Below are positions 14,662 through 28,620 of a stretch of DNA of 64,000 nucleotides, piece after piece. Position 1 is the stretch's first letter; every line of letters starts with the position of its first letter. The translations under genes were made by a program, and so were the position numbers. The stretch spans positions 27,652,001 to 27,716,000 of the forward strand of contig OZ024749.1 in NCBI GenBank assembly GCA_964016885.1, given 5' to 3'. The stretch is from Eledone cirrhosa (lineage: Eukaryota). The notes under the pieces are model-generated. The model searched no databases. It was given only the letters and a program-made list of their open reading frames with translations, and had not been told where the DNA came from.

Positions 14662-16025
14662 TATAAACAATTATATGTAGACATGTATTCTTTCACCAAA
14701 TAATGATAGTACTGAATAGGAGAACAAAAGTATTTGCATATATATATATATATTGGTATACATAATGTTCAAAATTGTATAAGATGCAGGTTGCAATGTT
14801 TAATTTAATAAGAGATTTTACCCTAAAAATTAGATTATAAAAAAAGATTAAAAAGCAAATAACATTAAAAATGAGAAAATGTAAAGAAGGTAGGACTGAA
14901 ACCCTGATGAGTTAGTTGGTACCTAAACAACAGCCAGATATGCCATCAATAGTCTGATCTGATATGAGATGGTATATTTATAAAGACATGTAGAAAGACT
15001 GACAATAATACATACACACACACACACACACACATATATATATGCTGATTTATAAGGAACAGTTTCCGAGCTCCTTATAAATCAGCATATAGAGAGAAAT
15101 ACACAGAGATATATGTGTTCAATCCCCTATGATTGAACACATATCTATGTGTATTTCTCTCTATATGCTGATATATATATACATATATATATACATTGAC
15201 AACAGAAAGTATGTATGCATTATACATATATACAAACACCATACAATGTTTATAGAAGGTGAAGTTAAGACAACAACTAAACAACATTTATCAACAGTTT
15301 GAGTTTGACTGTCAAGTTTCTATATAATAAGTAATATCTATACTCTACTTCCATTGAAGTATAAAGTACCACCTAGTTGAATAATGGTCATTTTTTTTCG
15401 TTCGATTGACAAGATCCCAGATCTCATTTGCTTACCAAGTGACTTGGAACTCATTGAATTGGACCAAGGAAACACTGTTTCCATTGGTCTTTCCATGGCT
15501 GGTACGATCTACTAGTTGCAACTGGCAGAAATATATATATATATATCAAATTATAAATGTGAAGAAAGAATAGACAAAAATATACCTATTTTTTCTTCAA
15601 AGGCCCTGCAGTTTCCAGGAACGATTGACAAGATCCCATGCTTCATTCACTTACCAAATGTGGTGGAACTCGGATCGAATCAACGAAATAATGTGTCCAT
15701 TGGTCTTTCCATTGCTGATACTACTCCTGATCACAACGTGAAATAAAGTGCCTTGCACTTGAGGACATAACACATCACCCAGTTCAGGAATCGAACTCGC
15801 AACCTCACGATGGCAAATGGTGGTACCAATCATATACAACATGACATTCGTGTGTATAGATAACAAGTGAAGAACTGGAATCACTACTCATTCAAACTTA
15901 AAACTATAACAAGATTGACGCCAAATAAAACAACATTGAAGCCAGGCAACAACAGAAAGAGAGAAAATAGAAAAAATATGTTAAAATTTCATCCTGTTTA
16001 TAGAAGCAATGACTGACCACATCAT

Positions 16026-16058
<33 letters not shown>

Positions 16059-16084
16059 CATATATATATATGTTCATATATATG

Positions 16085-16115
<31 letters not shown>

Positions 16116-16186
16116 CATATATATATATGTACATATACATATATATGTACATAGATATACATATATTCATATATATGTATATGTAC

Positions 16187-16229
<43 letters not shown>

Positions 16230-16599
16230 CAGCTTCTTATTTTTGCTGAACATGAGTAGGAGTACTCAATACCACAGTAGAGTTTTGTATATTTTATTAA
16301 GGCTGTCCAGAAGCATGTTACTCTAGAATTTCCTCAACTTGGGGCTACATCATCAAACAACTTCAGACTGAATAGAAGTGGAAAGAAGTGGGTGGGAATT
16401 ATCTGGGATGACTATACAGAGAATCAACACAGACATATAGATATGAGATAGGTATATAGATATCATGTCTTCATACATAGATATCTGTATATTTGTCCCA
16501 GGGCATTTTTTTCCCCCCACTTCTTTCTGATTTTATTCAGCATTGGTATATCTGATGAATTGGCCTTCTATCGAGGAAACTCCAGAGTTACAGCCTTAA

Positions 16600-16643
<44 letters not shown>

Positions 16644-16711
16644 ATATGTGGTTGATGGCCGAGAGAGAAAAGAGTACTCAATACCGAAATAGAGTTTAAA
16701 TATTCCTTTTA

Positions 16712-16841
16712 CTAAGGCTAAATAGTGAGTCTTGTTATTCTGGAGTTTCGCATACTTATCAGAGGATCACAAGGTCATGAGACAAGACCCAGTGACAAGC
16801 ACGTGAAACTTCAGAGTAACAAGACTCACTATTTAGCCTTA
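16712..16841. repeat. inverted repeat with hammerhead-like remnant
   Basis: taaggctaaatagtgagtcttgttattctggagtttc vs gaaacttcagagtaacaagactcactatttagcctta. Confidence 0.8.
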
Positions 16842-16850
16842 ATAAAATAG

Positions 16851-16899
<49 letters not shown>

Positions 16900-17393
16900 A
16901 TTATTTCATTATTCCATGCATGAATAGAGCATGCTAACACATACTTACTGGATTTCATTTTCCCTGTTGGCCCAAAAAGGAAGGCAAAAACCACGTCAAT
17001 AAATAACGACATTTGCTTAATTAATGGAACAAACAATTTGTTTAATCAACAGTCATTAAAGTTTAATGACTGTGTTAATAGAGTAGCGTTGTTGTTGTGA
17101 TGGCGGCGGCAGTGGTAGTAGTGTTATCGGTTTTTGTGGTTATGATGATGATAGTGTTGTTTTTCTGTGGTGGTGGTGGTGGTGGTGATGGTAGAGGATT
17201 TTGTGGTTGTTGTGGTGCCTGAGGTGGAGCGTTAGTATTGGTGTTTGTAGTTGTGGTGACGGTGGTTATTGTGGTATTGGTTGTGAGGGGTGGGGGGAGG
17301 GGGTGCTTGCATTGATAGCAATTGTGGTGTTAGTGTTTGTAGTTATGGTGATTGGTGTGGCTTGTGTGAATTTATATATATATATATACACAC

Positions 17394-17426
<33 letters not shown>

Positions 17427-17507
17427 TATATACACTTATATATATATATATATTAAATAATGCTATATGGGGTGTATATATAATATGTAGTAGTGTGGAT
17501 ATAGTAC

Positions 17508-17573
<66 letters not shown>

Positions 17574-17651
17574 TAAATAGTGCTATATAGGGTGTATATG
17601 TAATATGTAGTAGTGTGGATATAGTACATATATATATACACATATATATAT

Positions 17652-17701
<50 letters not shown>

Positions 17702-18841
17702 TAGTGCTATATAGGGTGTATATGTAATATGTAGTAGTGTGGATATACCTCAACATAAGTAATATTGTGAATTCATTAATGCCACCGAGTACCCTGGTTT
17801 GGCCACACATGTTAATGTTACACATACACATAGAAAGAACCAGAAACATCTGAGCTTATATACACACACACACACATATATATATATTACACACACACAC
17901 AAATAGATTCAAACACACATGATGCAGACACTATTCTAGACATCTCCACACACACACACATACATGCATCCATCCATACATACATACATGTAAAGATGCC
18001 TATATGTTCACACACAAACACACACACAGTAACAGATAGATTCAAACACACACAATGAACACACACATCTGTATGCATAGAGAGCTATACACATGTCCAT
18101 TCTAGATAACTCCACATGCATTCAGACACACAAACACACACACACACACATCTATACATACTCACTACTCACTTGTAAACATGCATACACACAAACACAT
18201 ACACACCCGTTCACATATAGATGTCAACACCTCGACATTCATACACACACACACACACACACATCTATACATACATGTAAGCAAGCACACACACACATTA
18301 ACCCACACATACACACCTATACATAGATGTAAACATGCATACATGTCCAACACCCAGACATTTACACAAACACACAAACGTCAACACATATATTCACAAA
18401 CATCAACACACACAACACCGAAATGCACAAACAAACCCAAGACAAGACACAAACAGACAAAAACAAAACAAAACAAGGACAAACATAAAAACAAGAAACT
18501 GCTGACCGGCCCCACTCCATCCCTCCTCACCCCCACCACATCCCAACATCCAACTTCCTCATCCCACCCCACCTCAACCTGTCACTTTCTATTAATTCTT
18601 TTACAAAAACTCCACAAATATTTCCAAAACAGTTAATGTGTGTTACCCAGCAATTTCCAGATATTATTATTATTATTAATTAATTAGGCAAAATATTATT
18701 AATTAATTGATTGATTAATTAGTTAGCAACTCAACACACAATTAAGAGTATAGCCACACACAGTTAATTAGAGAATTCCACATGAATCTTAGTTAAAATA
18801 TGAAAGTGGGAGCAAGGGGTGGACGGGTGGGGTCAGGTTAC

Positions 18842-18856
18842 CTGAAATTACAATTT
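18842..18856 (-). CDS. candidate 15-nt DOCK microexon (or AG|GT recursive site)
   Basis: ccTGCTGCtaag|AAATTGTAATTTCAG|gtaacc; phase 1/1, open ((E)IVIS); weak pyrimidine tract. Confidence 0.35.
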
Positions 18857-21158
18857 CTTAGCAGCAGGCCAACACTCTAAAATACACCCAGTACACTCTG
18901 TAAATTGTTGCTGTTGGTACCATCAGAAAATGCACCCAGTACACTCTGTAAAGTGTACTGGGTGCATTTTCTCATGGCAACAACATTCGAGAGTTTCTCA
19001 TCTCATCTCTTTACGCTACATACATTGTTTATGTTCAACCACAAAGCACGTTACAGAGTGTACTGGGTGTATTTATCTAGAGAAGTAGGCTTGCCTCTGG
19101 AAGATCAAGAAGTCCTCTCCACTACATAGCCTCTGTTCTTTGAAAAAAGATGTGACCAAGAGTGTGACTAAAAGGTTGAAAGAAAGATGAATACAGATGT
19201 GGGTGTGAAGAAGGAAACAGAGTGGAGGATGTAGAGGAACAGCTAAATGTTGGTTGTTGATAATGGATAGGAAGTTAAGGAGAAAAACAGCATGAGCAGC
19301 TTGATGGGACAGCAACAGGGAGAGTGTCATGGTAGAGGAGAGAGAGTGTGATATATATAGTAACAGGGGGGTGTGTGTGTGTGTTATGGTAGGAGAGATT
19401 GAGAGAGAGCGAGAGAGATCTAGCATGATATATAGTAACACAGGTATGAGTGTGTCATGGTAGAGGGAGAGAGAGAGAGAGAGATAGAGTGATATATAGC
19501 AACACAGGGGTGTGTATATTAACGTATGAGAGAGAAAGAGTGAGAGAGAGCGTGATATATTTAGCAATAGGGGCGTGTGATTCATAGAAAGGGAGACAGA
19601 TAGAGAAAGTGTGTGATATATAGCAACAGAGAAAAGCGTGGGGGGGGGGGAATGAAAAATGCTCAAGTAAGGAAATAGAATGATGTGTATTTTATGGTCA
19701 GTAGGTGATTAAATCAACCCCAGTACTTTATTTCTTCAACTCCAGGAGGATAAATATAGACAAAGTTGACCTCATCATGATTTGATCTCAGAATTTGGGA
19801 GGGAGGGAAGAGGAAAATACAGTTATAACACCCCCAGTCCTTAACTGGTACTTTATTTTATCAATCCCGGAAGAATGAAAGGTAACGTTGATCTTAGCGG
19901 GATTTAATTTCAGAATGTAACGAACTGTAATAAATAATTGTTTCTACTTTTGGCACAAGGCCAGCAATTATCCTAGTGTATTACTGGTACTTTATTTTAT
20001 CGACCCCGTAAGGATGAAAAGCAAAGTTAACCTCGGCGGGATTTGAACTCACAATTGAACAGGCTGTAATAAAAAATGCAAGGTATTTTGTTTGCTGCTC
20101 TAATCATTCTGCTAAACCCACTAAACCTCTCAAAATTGAAAAGCTTTTTTTATTTTTTCTAAGGGTGTCAGATATTCATTCCCTACCCTACCCTCTGCTT
20201 GGGCTCTTCTGACCCTGGACTGACATATTGGTTACATAACACCCCACCATCCACTTGGACTGTGGACCCTGGACCGATATATGAACTACATTCCACCCAA
20301 CTCACCACTTGGGCTCTTTGGAACCTTGACTAACATACTGGCTATATCCCACCCCACCCGTCACCTGGGCTCTTTAAACCCTGGGCCAAAATATTGGTTA
20401 CATCCCACTATACCCTCAGCTTGGGCTCTTTTGACCATGGGCCAAGATACAGGATACATCTCATCCCAGCCTCCACCTGGGCTCCTTCGACCCTGGACTA
20501 GCATACTGGCTACATCCTCATCTCTTATCCCTTTAACATTTAAACCAGCCACATCCGGCCAGAATTCTCTCACCTCTTTCTATTCAAACTGGCTGTAACC
20601 AGCTTCTCATATTTATGTTAAGGTATTGTTCTCAAAATAAATAATATCAAAATCTCATAGAGTCGATATTATGTGAATTAATTATGTGAGATAGTGTTCA
20701 CCGTGAAAATACAATAGTAAATATAGAGTAATGTAAATGCTAAAGGGTTATAGGTCCATGGCTAAGACCAAAGTGTAGTAGGCCCATGATAATAATGGAT
20801 AACAAAATAAAACAAAATTGCAGCCATTATTTTCATCACAAAATTAATTTTGGTTAAGAAAAAGTTATTGTTCAGTTTGAGCACAAGGCAGGTCTTTATA
20901 AGAAAGTTAAGAAAATAATTAATTTATTAACCTTCTGGGCACTCTAGGCGCCTTATTTTGCCAATAGAGTAATCTCCCCTTAATACATAATGCAGTGTCA
21001 AGGGAGGCAATTCATAAAAAAATTCAGCGTGCTAAAGGTTAATTAAAAATAAAATAAATAACTAGATAAATAAATAAATAAATAAACTTATGAATAACAT
21101 AAGAACAAACATTTTTGTATAAAAAAGTGTAGAAAAAAACAAAACAAAACAAACTGAC

Positions 21159-21216
21159 CTCTCCTTCGTAAATACTCGGAAACAAGGGCACTTATATGGA
21201 TGTAGCAGTGGGCAGC
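21159..21216 (-). CDS. DOCK9: DOCK-D exon (DHR-2)
   Basis: tacag|GCT...AGAG|gtcag; 58 nt, phase 0/1; AAHCYIHISALVSEYLRRR. Confidence 0.93.
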
Positions 21217-21571
21217 CTGTAAACAATTGAATAAGTATAATAATAATGGTTTCTACTTTTGGCACAAGGCCAGCAATTACCCAGTGTATTACTGGTACTT
21301 TATTTTATCGACCCCGTAAGGATGAAAGGCAAAGTTAACCTCGACGGGATTTGAACTCAGATTGGAAAGGGCCGTAACTCTATGCATCAAAGCATGGTGT
21401 CCGACCCTCTACCGATACTGCCAATCCACAATAAGTATAATAATAACAACAACAATAATAATGGTTTCTGATTTAGGCACAAGGCCAGCAATTTGATTAA
21501 ATCAATTCCAGTGCATTACTGGTTCTTTATTTTAAGTTAACTGATGAGGCACCATTAGGTGTAAAACTTAC

Positions 21572-21787
21572 CTCGGAGTAATCTTTTGTTCTAATATGAG
21601 CCTTTGCCATAGATTCTAGCCAAGTTTTCCTCAGCTCTGGTGTACTGGCGTAGGACTTGGCCAAGCAATATTGTAAATCAACTAACATTTCAGGGTTTTT
21701 CTCGTGTTCTTTAAGTTGGGCTGTAGCCATTAGCACAGTACGGATACGTTTTGTTAAATCTTTTACTTCTAACGGGAAATTGGTTTT
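21572..21787 (-). CDS. DOCK9: DOCK-D exon (start of DHR-2 lobe A)
   Basis: ttcag|AAA...TCCGAG|gtaag; 216 nt; [72 protein letters not shown], a hallmark DOCK9/10/11 segment. Confidence 0.97.
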
Positions 21788-22564
21788 CTGAAAAGAGGAA
21801 AAAATAAATGTAAATGCACATGTATATTAGAGGTGTGTGGCCTAGAGGTAAGGGTGTTGGACTTACAATCATAATGTTGTGTTCTTGAGCAAAACACTTC
21901 ATTTCATATTGCTCCAGTATAGTCTACTGAAAATGAGAACCAGCAATAGCTGGGAGTTTAACCCTACAATGAACTAGTGTTCTGTTCTGGGGGGAGTTTT
22001 GTACTCTTAGTCACATCATGCCATGAAACCGGGATAAGCATTGACCTAAGAAGGCTTCGGGCTTGAAGCAGACTTTAGACTTTGACTTATTCATGTATAT
22101 TGTAGTAAGTCTATATTAAAACTGTATGAGGAAGAAATGGATTCCATAAGCTGTAACAAAGGCAACCCATCTAGGAGAAAGGCCATTTTCAATAAATACA
22201 GAAGTGACATGGGACCAGATGGCCAACCAGCCAGCCCCCAGAGAGCAGAGACCAGGTTGAGTCAAAAGCTTTTTGGGGATATTCATTGACGATCTTTTTG
22301 GCAATTTGTATCTCCATCTTATATCATTAATTTGATACAACTTATTGTCTAATTGCTACTGAATTATTTATCCTATATTGTCATATATATGATCATCGTT
22401 TAACATCTATTTTCTATGCTAGCCTGGGTTAGACAGGTTGTCTCAGAGGCAAGTTGGGTCAGGTGACCATCTCTTGCTAATATAAAACTGTTTCTGGCGA
22501 GGTTTCTTTGGCTGGATGCTCTTCCTAATGCCAACCACATTTACAGTGAGTATTGGGTGTCTTG

Positions 22565-23008
22565 ACTCCTTCACGACCACATTTACTGTAAGTACTGGGT
22601 GCTTTTTGTCATGCCTCCTACACGACCACTTTACAGTGAGTACTGGGTGCTTTTTGTCATGCCTCCTACACGACCACTTTACAGTGAGTACTGGGTGCTT
22701 TTTGTCATGCCTCCTACACGACCACTTTACAGTGAGTACTGGGTGCTTTTTGTCATGCCTCCTACACGACCACTTTACAGTGTGTACTGGGTGCTTTTTG
22801 TCATGCCTCCTACACGACCACTTTACAGCAAGTACTGGGTGCTTTTTGTCATGCCTCCTACACGACCACTGGGTGCCCTTTTGTCATGCCTCCTACACGA
22901 CCACTGGGTGCCCTTTTGTCATGCCTCCTACACGACCACTGGGTGCCCTTTTGTCATGCATCCTACACGACCACTGGGTGCCCTTTTGTCATGCCTCCTA
23001 CACGACCA
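22565..23008. repeat. 48-bp then 37-bp tandem repeat derived from the RTE/SINE 3' tail
   Basis: cacgaccactttacagtgagtactgggtgctttttgtcatgcctccta units, contiguous with an RTE-tail copy. Confidence 0.9.
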
Positions 23009-23168
23009 TATAAACATTAATTTTATTCTTTATTTTATGATTTTAATAAACAGTGGGGGAAAAAAAAAACTGCAATTAGTAGTAGCAGGAGAGGAGGTAG
23101 AGGGAGGAAACTGCAGAGTTTGGAGTATTTTGTTGTTGATGTTGTTAAGTGTACAAGTAGCCTCTTAC

Positions 23169-23282
23169 CTGCATTGCTTTGTCACTCTTGGCATAGTTGT
23201 TCACCATCACTAAACTCTCCTGGAAGTAGGAGTTGGAGATACCAACAACATCACCAATCAGTTGAGATACAGATATGATGAC
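23169..23282 (-). CDS. DOCK9: DOCK-D exon
   Basis: ttcag|GTC...ATGCAG|gtaag; 114 nt; VIISVSQLIGDVVGISNSYFQESLVMVNNYAKSDKAMQ. Confidence 0.95.
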
Positions 23283-23419
23283 CTGAAGAGATAATACATA
23301 CACACACATATAGATATACATACATAAACACAGCTATATACATACATATATGTATGTATGTGTATGCATATATATATACACACACACACAATCATATACA
23401 TATTAGTGTGTGAGAGAGG

Positions 23420-23552
<133 letters not shown>

Positions 23553-23567
23553 GATGTAATGACTGAC

Positions 23568-23693
23568 CTGTAAGTGGACCCGGGTAAAGCTGGTTTTCCT
23601 ACTGTATTCAAAGTTGGACCTCATCAGTAGATAGAGTAAAGCACAGGCCTCCTTTCGTGTTGAACTCAAACGAGAATTGCAGCAACGTAAAAT
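23568..23693 (-). CDS. DOCK9: DOCK-D exon
   Basis: ttcag|ATT...TTACAG|gtcag; 126 nt; [42 protein letters not shown]. Confidence 0.95.
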
Positions 23694-24548
23694 CTGAAAA
23701 AATATTTGGAACAACACTGTGATATAATGAGGGAGATGGGGGTTTCTAATGTAGTTACAAGACCAGCAATTTGAAGTTGGGGAAAGATAAATTTGATTAT
23801 CTTAACTATAGTTGTTCACTGGTACTTCATTTTATCAACTCCAAAAGGATGAAAGGCAAAGTCGACCTTGACAGGATTTATACTCAGAATGTAGCTAACT
23901 AAATACCGCAAAGCATATTGTCTGACACTTTACTGATACTGCTAAATCCACTGCTTTAACCTGTTGACTGCCACGTATATTTTACACAGCTACAGATGCC
24001 GTGCTGGATTTTCTTTCCAGTAAAATGACTATTTTGATTGACAAATGTCAGATCAATAAACTAGTAACCCCATCAAGCTTTGAAGTTATGAACTCTTAGA
24101 AAGGAGTTCAAAAATGTTATGATGAGTTATCTCGTCTATGGCACTGAAGAGTTTAACAACAAGGAAGTTAGTTATATTACTAAATCCTTCCAAATTCTTG
24201 ATTACTTTCAAAACAATAGTCAGTGTCATTTATTAATAATATGTTGATATAACTGTTAAGGCCCAGGTCTTGCCACCATTAAATGTAGAGAATATAATAA
24301 TAATTGTTTCTACATTAGGCACAAGGCCAGCAATTTTTGGGGAGGGGAAAGTCGATTAAATCGACCCCAGTGCATTACTGGTGCTTTAGACCTCGTAAGG
24401 ATGAAAGGCAAAGCTAACCTCGGCGGGATTTGAACTCAGAATGTAAAGGGCCGTAACTATATGCCGCGAAGCATAATGTCCAACACTCTAATGATACTGC
24501 CAATCCACTGCCCTAATAATAATGATAATAAATATTTTGATGACTTAC

Positions 24549-24605
24549 TTCGTAGCACAAATCTCCACAAAGTTTGGCATTTCCTCTGAACAAAACAGCC
24601 TGGAA
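24549..24605 (-). CDS. DOCK9: DOCK-D exon
   Basis: gatag|TTC...TACGAA|gtaag; 57 nt; FQAVLFRGNAKLCGDLCYE. Confidence 0.9.
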
Positions 24606-25536
24606 CTATCAATGGAAAGTAAAGAATAAAAAGATCAGAGTAAAACTTATTCAAAAAACAAAAAAAAAAACATACATATTTCATTCTGTAAAGATTTAGA
24701 AGAAAATATCTAAAATAATGAAAATGGGTTTGTTAATTCTGATATTTGAAAATTTACACTAAACTAAAGTAAAGATTTTAATATTTAACCCTTTAGCATT
24801 TACATTACTCTATATTTACTATTATATTTTTGTGGTAAAGGCTTTACCTCACATAATATGGAATCTATAAGAACTTGATGTCATTTATTTTGAGAAGAAT
24901 ACCTTAACATCAATATGAGTGGCCAGTTACAGCCAGTTTGAACAGAAAGAGATGCAAGAATTCTGGCCGGTTATGGCTGTTTTAAATGATAAAGGGTTAA
25001 AGAGATGCAGTTGTAGTAGTACTCTTTTGTACTTTTCTAGAATGTGTTGCCAATGTACTGTGTTGATTCAAATGTTTATAGAATCTTTACTAATGGACAG
25101 ATCATTGTGAAAATTTGCAGTATTAGAGTAAAGACTTTAATTTGTAATGTTATTCAGTCATAATGTTGTTTTGTACTTTTCTAGAATGTCTTGCTAATGT
25201 GATTTCATAATTCAGATGTTATAATCTCTATTAGTGGACAGATTGTTGTGAAAATTAACAGTAAACTAAAGTAAAGACATTAATTTTTAAAGAGATGTAG
25301 TCATAGTGTTGTTATGTACTTTTCAAAAATCTTGCTGATGTAGTTTCATGTGGTATAGGATATTAAAAGTTAATGTCGACCTCAGTACCTTACTGGTACT
25401 TATTTCATTGACCCTGAGGTCAAAGTATGAAAGGCAAAGTTGAACTCTACCACTAAACTAAGACCAATTCCACTTAATACTTTTAACTCTACCACTAATT
25501 AAAGACCAATTTAATAGAATTTTAACTCTACCATGT

Positions 25537-25822
25537 GGAGGCACATAGCCTAGTGGTAAGGGTGTTGGACTTTCGATTATAATGTCATAGGTTCAATTCC
25601 TGGACTGTGTTGTGTGTTGTGTTCTTGAGCAAAACACTTCATTTCATGTTGCTCCAGTATACTCAGCTGAAAATGAGTACAAGCAAAAGCTGGAGGTTTA
25701 ACCCTACAATGGACTGGTGTCCTGTCAAGGAAGGTGTCTTGTATTCTCAGTTGCTTAACACTATGGAACCTGGAATAAGCAGCAGCCTGATGAACTTCTA
25801 GGCTTGCGACAAACTTTAGATA
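25537..25822 (+). mobile_element. tRNA-derived SINE family C (copies 21830-22090 +, 31143-31360 -, 31385-31630 -, 42440-42830 -)
   Basis: A/B boxes (tagcctagtgg / ggttcaattcc), core gttcttgagcaaaacactt, segment aaccct.caatggactgg.gtcctgtc.aggg, tail ending (actttag)n. Confidence 0.8.
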
Positions 25823-25863
25823 ACCTTATTACTAAATAAAGACCAATTCCATTGAGTACTTAC

Positions 25864-26001
25864 TTTCCGGATAAAAGACCTCCAAATGGAGAAGATGTGT
25901 TTTTGCAATGTCTCTGACTGACTTGTCTGGAGAAAGGACAATAAAATCTCAAAGATTTTCCTCATCAAATTATTGTCACCATCTTTGTGTTCTAGTTGTT
26001 T
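25864..26001 (-). CDS. DOCK9: DOCK-D exon
   Basis: gccag|AAA...CGGAAA|gtaag; 138 nt; KQLEHKDGDNNLMRKIFEILLSFLQTSQSETLQKHIFSIWRSFIRK. Confidence 0.92.
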
Positions 26002-26184
26002 CTGGCAAAAGAAGAAATATTTTTATATTTTCTTTTCTTTTTATTGGAAAAAAATACCCCATTTCATTTACATAAATATTTAAGAAAATAAACAGGAAAA
26101 GAGCAAAATAAAAGTAAATAACAGAAAAAAAACAGGGGAAGGTGTAACAGAGGGGGGAGGAACAGATTCTACATCACATTCTAG

Positions 26185-26507
26185 GTCATCAGTCACCAAC
26201 TAGTGGTCTGCAGACCACTGGTGGCCCAAGAGAAAACTTTGGTGATCCACAGAAAAATTTGGACATTATTTGCAAATTTTTTTTTTTGTTAATAATAAAA
26301 AAAAAAATAATAGACGGTCAAAATATATTTTATAACTCCTCTAAAAGAATATTTTAATAGGTTCATTTCATATTAATAAAATGGAAGTTCTTTGATCATT
26401 ATTTTACAAACGTATTTATCTTTTTAAAAAAATTCATATTAGTGGTCCGCGGGATTTAAAATTATGAATTTAGTGGTCCATGAGGTCTGAAAGGTTGAGG
26501 ACCACTG
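26185..26507. mobile_element. probable hAT (Charlie-like) MITE, decayed
   Basis: right end reads CAGTGGTCCTCAACC on minus; repeated subterminal gtggtcc/gaccac motifs; left TIR degenerate. Confidence 0.45.
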
Positions 26508-26685
26508 TTCTACGTGATATATCTCAGCTGTACCTTGCACACAAGGTGACGAAAACATTGTCACAGGGGAACAGTCAGTGACACCCACTGCATCAGCCAT
26601 TCCTCCTTCCCCAGGGAAGATGTATGAAGCCAAATTTTCGGCTTTTTGAATCACTGAGAAAATATGTATATATATATAAATATAA

Positions 26686-26844
26686 AAAAGGTGCTCAAGT
26701 GCAGAAATGCTATAAATATAGCTTATAAAATAGGGTAAGCACTCTTAAAAAATGGAAATGAAGTTGCCATCAGCTGCTGCCTTTTAAGGGTATTCACCCT
26801 ATTTTATAAGGTATTTTTATAGCATTTCTGCACTTGAGCACTTT
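26686..26844. repeat. inverted repeat / fold-back element
   Basis: gtgctcaagtgcagaaatgctataaa...ttataaaataggg vs ccctattttataa...tttatagcatttctgcacttgagcac. Confidence 0.85.
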
Positions 26845-27171
26845 ATACTTACACGCACACACAATGTGGATCTAGTCTACAACAGTTACACCATATCCTT
26901 GCATGTCATAAGAGGTGACTAAAAGGGTTGGCATCTAGAAGGGCATCCTGCTGTAAAACATTGCCTCAAAAAGGATTCAATGATTAGTATAAAACTTTTC
27001 ATTAGGAACCTCAAAGCTAACCTCTGTTTTAACTGGGGGAAGTTGTCTTAAAACACTTATTAGACACCACACACATACGCACACATATATATATATATAT
27101 ATAGACACCACACACACACACATATATATATGTGCACATGCCATATGAGTAATGAGGAAGGTCTTTCTTAC

Positions 27172-27281
27172 CTTGAACGTATTGCTGTAAAGACTTAGAA
27201 CATCAAGTACAATGATGCCAACCTCTGTTGAGATGTTAGCTTCCTGTAGAGCTCGATGGATGTTTGATATTCCACCAACAG
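27172..27281 (-). CDS. DOCK9: DOCK-D exon
   Basis: tgcag|CT...TTCAAG|gtaag; 110 nt, phase 1/0; VGGISNIHRALQEANISTEVGIIVLDVLSLYSNTFK (EANI.TEV motif). Confidence 0.92.
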
Positions 27282-28483
27282 CTGCAATAGACAGACAGAC
27301 AGAGTTAGTTTTTAAGTACAGATTAATAAGAAACTTACAGGGATTGTTATAAAAATTCAGTGGTTAGCTACAAACCAACAATTGTTAATTACAAACCTTC
27401 ATTGGTTAGCTACTAAACCCTAGAGGTTTATTACAAACAATCAATGGTTAGCTACAAACCTTCCTTGGTTAGCTACTAACACTCAGTGGTTTATTACAAA
27501 CCATTGCTAGTTAAGTACAAATCTTCACTGGTTAATTATAGACCTACAGTGGTTAACAGAAACCATTAAACTTTATAATACTTAAGTTGTAATATAAAAC
27601 ACAAGTTATCACCAAACCTTTGGTACTGAAGTTGTATATAGAACAACAACAGTTTGACATCACCAAACTATATGAAGCCTGTGTGTGTGGAGGAAGAGAG
27701 AGAGAGAGTAGTTATAGAAGACTTCTATGTATAGCCTATGTATATATATAGAGAGAGAGTGACAGAGGGAAGTTATAGAAAACTATGTACATCCTATGTA
27801 GAGAGAGAGAGAGAGAGAGAGATAGAGGGAAGTTATAGAAGACTATGTACATCCTATGTAGAGAGAGAGAGACACACAGTGACAGAAAATAGTTATAAAC
27901 CATCTTCAATCCCACATATATATATATTAAACAACAGAAATAGAATGGCATTAGAAAGAAATAATATTTATATCATCATCATGTACTATACATGCACCTT
28001 TGATGAGTTGTAGTGCACCTGAGCACTGTACACAATTTCATTATTATTATCTTCATCTTCGTTTAACGTCCATTTTCCACGCTAGCATGAGTTAGACGGG
28101 AGTTGTCCCACTTGAGGCAAGGTTGGTCGGGAGACCATGTCTCACTCATATAGGACTATCTGGCAGGTTTTCTATGCCTGGATGCCCTTCCTAACACCAA
28201 CCACATTTACAGTGTGGAACTGGGAACTATTTACCGTGTTACCTACACGGCCACATTACAGCATGGACTGTGTGTTTTTTTTTCTTGTGACACCTACACG
28301 ATCTCGATCTCATTATCTCATTTATTTGGACTGGATGTTGTGGTACCAACTTTATAGAGAGAGGGTGGTGTTGGTGGGAGTGGGAGGATAGGGTAGGGGT
28401 AGTGGATTGGGGTGTATATTTGGTTAAGAGGTGCCTACTGACTGTAGGTTTCGCTAAATATAAATGCAGAGGAGGAACATTAC

Positions 28484-28620
28484 CAGTAAATAAGTCAGCC
28501 TGACTGTCTTGACATTGACTATAGGTTCTTTGATGTAAAATTCCATTACTACTGGCCCCAATATAGGACTTGTGTGACGGTGGGGGAGCAGTCATGGCTT
28601 TACGCGTATCTCCAATGGCG
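28484..28620 (-). CDS. DOCK9: DOCK-D exon
   Basis: tgcag|C...ACTG|gtaat; 137 nt, phase 2/1; AIGDTRKAMTAPPPSHKSYIGASSNGILHQRTYSQCQDSQADLFT. Confidence 0.82.

Noticed and set aside
17749-17793. 45-nt AG..GT unit in the 15.5-kb intron
   Set aside because: Poor pyrimidine tract, weak donor (gtatat) and an in-frame TGA; no support beyond chance.
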